Source of the DNA: Octopus bimaculoides
Taxonomy: Eukaryota
NCBI RefSeq assembly: GCF_001194135.2
Contig: NC_069001.1
Coordinates: 1,202,680-1,238,715 of the forward strand
Direction: 5' to 3'
DNA length: 36,036 nt
The notes below the pieces were generated by a model. It made no database searches. It was not told the origin of the DNA and saw only the letters and a program-made list of their open reading frames with translations. Of the stretch, positions 35,727-36,036 are shown in pieces. Within the stretch, counting starts at the first letter, position 1; each line of letters opens with the position of its first letter. The position numbers and the translations under genes are program-made.

Positions 35727-35800
35727 CTCTAAGGAGAGGTTTCGTCTCCCACCCCAGTAGTGATACACTAAATTCCCTATATATATATATATATATATAT

Positions 35801-36036
35801 CATCATCATCATCATCATCGTTTAACGTCCGCTTTCCATGCTAGCATGGGTTGGACGATTTGACTGAGGACTGGTGAAACCGGATGGCAACACCAGGCTC
35901 CAGTCTGATTTGGCAGAGTTTCTACAGCTGGATGCCCTTCCTAACGCCAACCACTCAGAGAGTGTAGTGGGTGCTTTTACGTGTCACCCGCACGAAAACG
36001 GCCACGCTCGAAATGGTGTCTTTTATGTGCCACCCG
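35801..36036 (-). mobile_element. SINE-like family C copy (runs off window end)
   Basis: (CAT)n-CGTTTAACGTCCGCTTTCCATGCTAGCATGGG...CTGGATGCCCTTCCTAACGCCAA. Weaker fragments occur at about 3585-3672 and 30600-30775. Confidence 0.9.

Overview
Eukaryotic, AT-rich, microsatellite-saturated genomic DNA with six N gaps. The SINE and repeat families point to an octopod cephalopod (Octopus-like) draft assembly; this is an inference from recognised repeat motifs, not a database hit. Almost all ORFs in the supplied track are artefacts of (TA)n/(CA)n/(CAT)n repeats or N-runs. The only convincing host coding sequence is a + strand first coding exon (11071-11212, MIQHSEKLDSMNGLVPVSSPTS-polyA-EPSLADTVE, strong AG|GTAAGT donor) behind a CpG-retaining promoter/5'UTR-like region. 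The ~25 kb downstream is probably its intron, and no second exon could be identified. The rest is tRNA-derived SINEs and SINE modules, Tc1/mariner and hAT MITEs, two decayed 3' ends of an RLE-type (R2-superfamily) LINE and a Penelope-like end. The most interesting signal is a near-canonical type I hammerhead ribozyme on the - strand (25063-25014). It caps a ~120-nt extended stem and is followed 198 nt downstream by a second, decayed hammerhead-like motif, a retrozyme/Penelope-like arrangement. Several other hammerhead remnants and stand-alone hairpins (including miRNA-sized ones) also occur. All structures were folded by eye; no searches or folding programs were run.
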